Of a DNA stretch of 42,567 nucleotides, positions 41,149-42,567 are shown one piece after another; the first letter of the stretch is position 1, and each line of letters begins with the position of its first letter. This stretch comes from Planctomycetaceae bacterium (lineage in GTDB: Bacteria > Planctomycetota > Planctomycetia > Pirellulales > Thermoguttaceae), in the NCBI GenBank assembly GCA_031256755.1, contig JAIRPZ010000140.1:1-42567 (forward strand), in the 5' to 3' direction. The notes beneath the pieces are model-generated. The model saw nothing but the letters and a program-made list of their open reading frames with translations, ran no database searches and was not told the origin of the DNA. The position numbers and the translations under genes are program-made.

Positions 41149-41634
41149 ATGACCGGAACAAAAAAGTTCATCACGGGAGAATTCAGCCGGACGGTAGACG
41201 ACCGCTACCGGCTCACGCTGCCGGGTGAATTTGAAGACGTTTTCAAACCGGAATCAGGAAAATGCGTCATCGTCAAGGAAAGTCCGGGCTGCCTGTCCCT
41301 GTGGGAAGAAAATGCATGGAAACAAAATCACGAAGCCAGAGTCGGTTTGGTCTTGCAGCGGCTGCAACTCGGCGACCTCAATCGGCAAACAACCGAATTG
41401 CAACGGTTCGGCCGCCTGCTCTCCGCCCGGTTTCGGGAAATCCAACTGGCAGGACGATCCCGGCTGGTCTTACCGGAAGGATTCCGCGAATTTCTCGGTA
41501 TCGAACCGGGACAGGATGTCATGGTCATCGGTGCCGCCGTCTGCATCGAAATCTGGCATACAAAGAAATGGATTGAATATGTCGAAGGCGAAATGCCGCA
41601 GTTCGGCACCGTATTAGAAGGTCTGTCGCATTAA
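41149..41634 (+). CDS. mraZ: transcriptional regulator MraZ
   Basis: Two SpoVT/AbrB-like halves, GEFSRTVDDRYRLTLPGEF and LAGRSRLVLPEGFREFLGIEPGQDVMVIG, in a protein of 161 aa. Confidence 0.85.
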   Translation: MTGTKKFITGEFSRTVDDRYRLTLPGEFEDVFKPESGKCVIVKESPGCLSLWEENAWKQNHEARVGLVLQRLQLGDLNRQTTELQRFGRLLSARFREIQLAGRSRLVLPEGFREFLGIEPGQDVMVIGAAVCIEIWHTKKWIEYVEGEMPQFGTVLEGLSH

Positions 41635-41879
41635 ACAAACCGCACGAAAAACACAAAAACGTTAAGAAAGGAAGCACCGCCCGTTAAAGGATATTAAAAC
41701 AGCAGGAAACCCGCATAGATGGTTCGTCGCCGTCTGAAGTCAGTTCGGCGATCCGTTTTACCCCCCGGTTTGTCACCCGGATGAGGAATGTAAGTATTAT
41801 CGTGAACGGATCGCGAAAGAATGGAGAGAGACATTTTTTCACCGGATGATTTCAGACGGTTTTTTTACGCTTGCTTGCA

Positions 41880-42567
41880 TTACCGCATCAAACTCATACC
41901 GAAAGAGAAAAACTGTTTTTCATCGCCCGGCTCCTTGCTGATAGGAAAGGCAAAGTCCAGCGCAATCGGGGCAGGTCCCATCATCGGAATCGTCAGACGC
42001 AAACCGAAACCGACTGCCGCACGGTATTTCGATTCCCAGCGGGAAACCGACCGTTCCACCGTTCCGGTGTCGATAAACAGCGAACCGCGAATCATATCGT
42101 CCGCCGTCAAAGGGAAAACCAATTCCGCCGAATTATAAAATTCCATACAGCCGCCGTACATCGCCCCGTTGGAGTTTCGCGGCGAAACCCCGCGGAATTC
42201 AAATCCCCGAAGGTTCGTAAAACCGCCGCCGAAATACCGCTCATAAATCGGTGCGCTTTTATCCGAAATGTTCAAACTGCTGCGGAGACCAAGAACCCAG
42301 CGTCCGCTCCGGTCAGGACGTTCCCGCAGCATAAAGTATTGCCGCAAATCAATATTCCCGCGGATAAACTGATAATCGCCGAGAACCTGTTCCACTCCGA
42401 ATGAAATCAAATGCCCTTCAGTCGGCATATGCTGACTGTCGCGGGTGTTATGCGTTGCGTCCAAACCAATCGTAAACATCGGGTGTTTGCCGTGAACGGT
42501 CGTAACAACATTGTTGTTCCCGTCCAGCATATAGTCAAATGCTGCCAGCGAGCCGTTTTCACGGTAG
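41880..42567 (-). CDS. bamA: Omp85/BamA-family outer-membrane beta-barrel protein, C-terminal part (gene continues beyond the window)
   Basis: The frame is open to the window edge. Contains YFGGGFTNLRGFEFRGVSPR and alternating beta-strand patterns to the C-terminus ...FFSFGMSLMR*. Confidence 0.75.
   Translation of the reverse strand, partial: YRENGSLAAFDYMLDGNNNVVTTVHGKHPMFTIGLDATHNTRDSQHMPTEGHLISFGVEQVLGDYQFIRGNIDLRQYFMLRERPDRSGRWVLGLRSSLNISDKSAPIYERYFGGGFTNLRGFEFRGVSPRNSNGAMYGGCMEFYNSAELVFPLTADDMIRGSLFIDTGTVERSVSRWESKYRAAVGFGLRLTIPMMGPAPIALDFAFPISKEPGDEKQFFSFGMSLMR

Noticed and set aside
41700-41770. 21-codon Arg-rich ORF (MVRRRLKSVRRSVLPPGLSPG) and possible tRNA or ribosomal-protein-like gene in the mraZ/bamA spacer.
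   Set aside because: No cloverleaf or T-loop (GTTCRANYC) is present. The peptide does not match L34 or L36 signatures that I know, and there is no RBS.
41836-41866. Bidirectional terminator TTTTTTCACCGGATGATTTCAGACGGTTTTTTT between mraZ and bamA.
   Set aside because: The flanking T/A runs are attractive, but the stem is only 4 bp (ACCG/CGGT) with a long loop. That is too weak to annotate.
1-42567. Mobile elements, prophage, defence islands, toxin-antitoxin pairs and rRNA/tRNA/tmRNA/RNase P genes.
   Set aside because: I found no transposase, integrase, phage structural, restriction, Cas or small paired toxin-antitoxin ORFs in any frame. No conserved RNA signatures (tRNA T-loops, GAGGAAAGTCC, tmRNA 5' end) appeared in the intergenic regions I read. 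This absence is by eye only.

Overview
This window looks like ordinary chromosome rather than a mobile island. I count 29 protein-coding genes, two of them cut by the window edges. By eye I found no rRNA, tRNA, CRISPR array, transposase or integrase.

Recognisable genes:
- Housekeeping: rnd, a UDP-glucuronate decarboxylase, gmk, cstA, mfd, hemA, tpiA, an RpoD-like sigma factor, glyA, rpsP, mraZ and the 3' part of a BamA/Omp85 gene.
- Envelope and exported proteins: an MFS transporter, two orphan ABC-2-type permease-like proteins, a parvulin PPIase with a Pro-rich N-terminus, a membrane-anchored trypsin-like protease, an exported CbiX-like protein, a 1058-aa beta-propeller protein with two CxxCH motifs, a zinc-ribbon/Pro-rich membrane protein, a GH106-like glycosidase next to a TetR regulator, a PAS-GAF-PAS hybrid histidine kinase and a TPR/HEAT-like protein.

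The protein styles suggest a PVC/Planctomycetota-like organism. That is inference only.

All family calls come from motifs read in the translations. No database search was possible.

Several ORF-track start codons lie inside good promoter matches, so I moved those starts downstream.

I did not find a multi-gene cassette that I can defend as a new system. The most interesting signals are mostly non-genic:
1. A family of intergenic elements built from in-phase heptanucleotide repeats arranged as palindromes: GC-type AGACGGC arms and AT-type AATTGAT/ATTATCA arms.
2. A small 4-TM ORF downstream of mfd with a single in-frame TGA in a C-x-x-TGA context, followed by a hairpin.
3. An Mfd that lacks the N-terminal UvrA-recruiting module.
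4. A near-consensus sigma-54 promoter in front of the sigma-70-family gene.
5. A 32-bp box (30/32 identical) upstream of both the glycosidase gene and the TetR gene.
6. An 18-bp inverted repeat between the kinase gene and the rpsP promoter.
7. Three GGGAAA-N-TT..C boxes in the mraZ control region.
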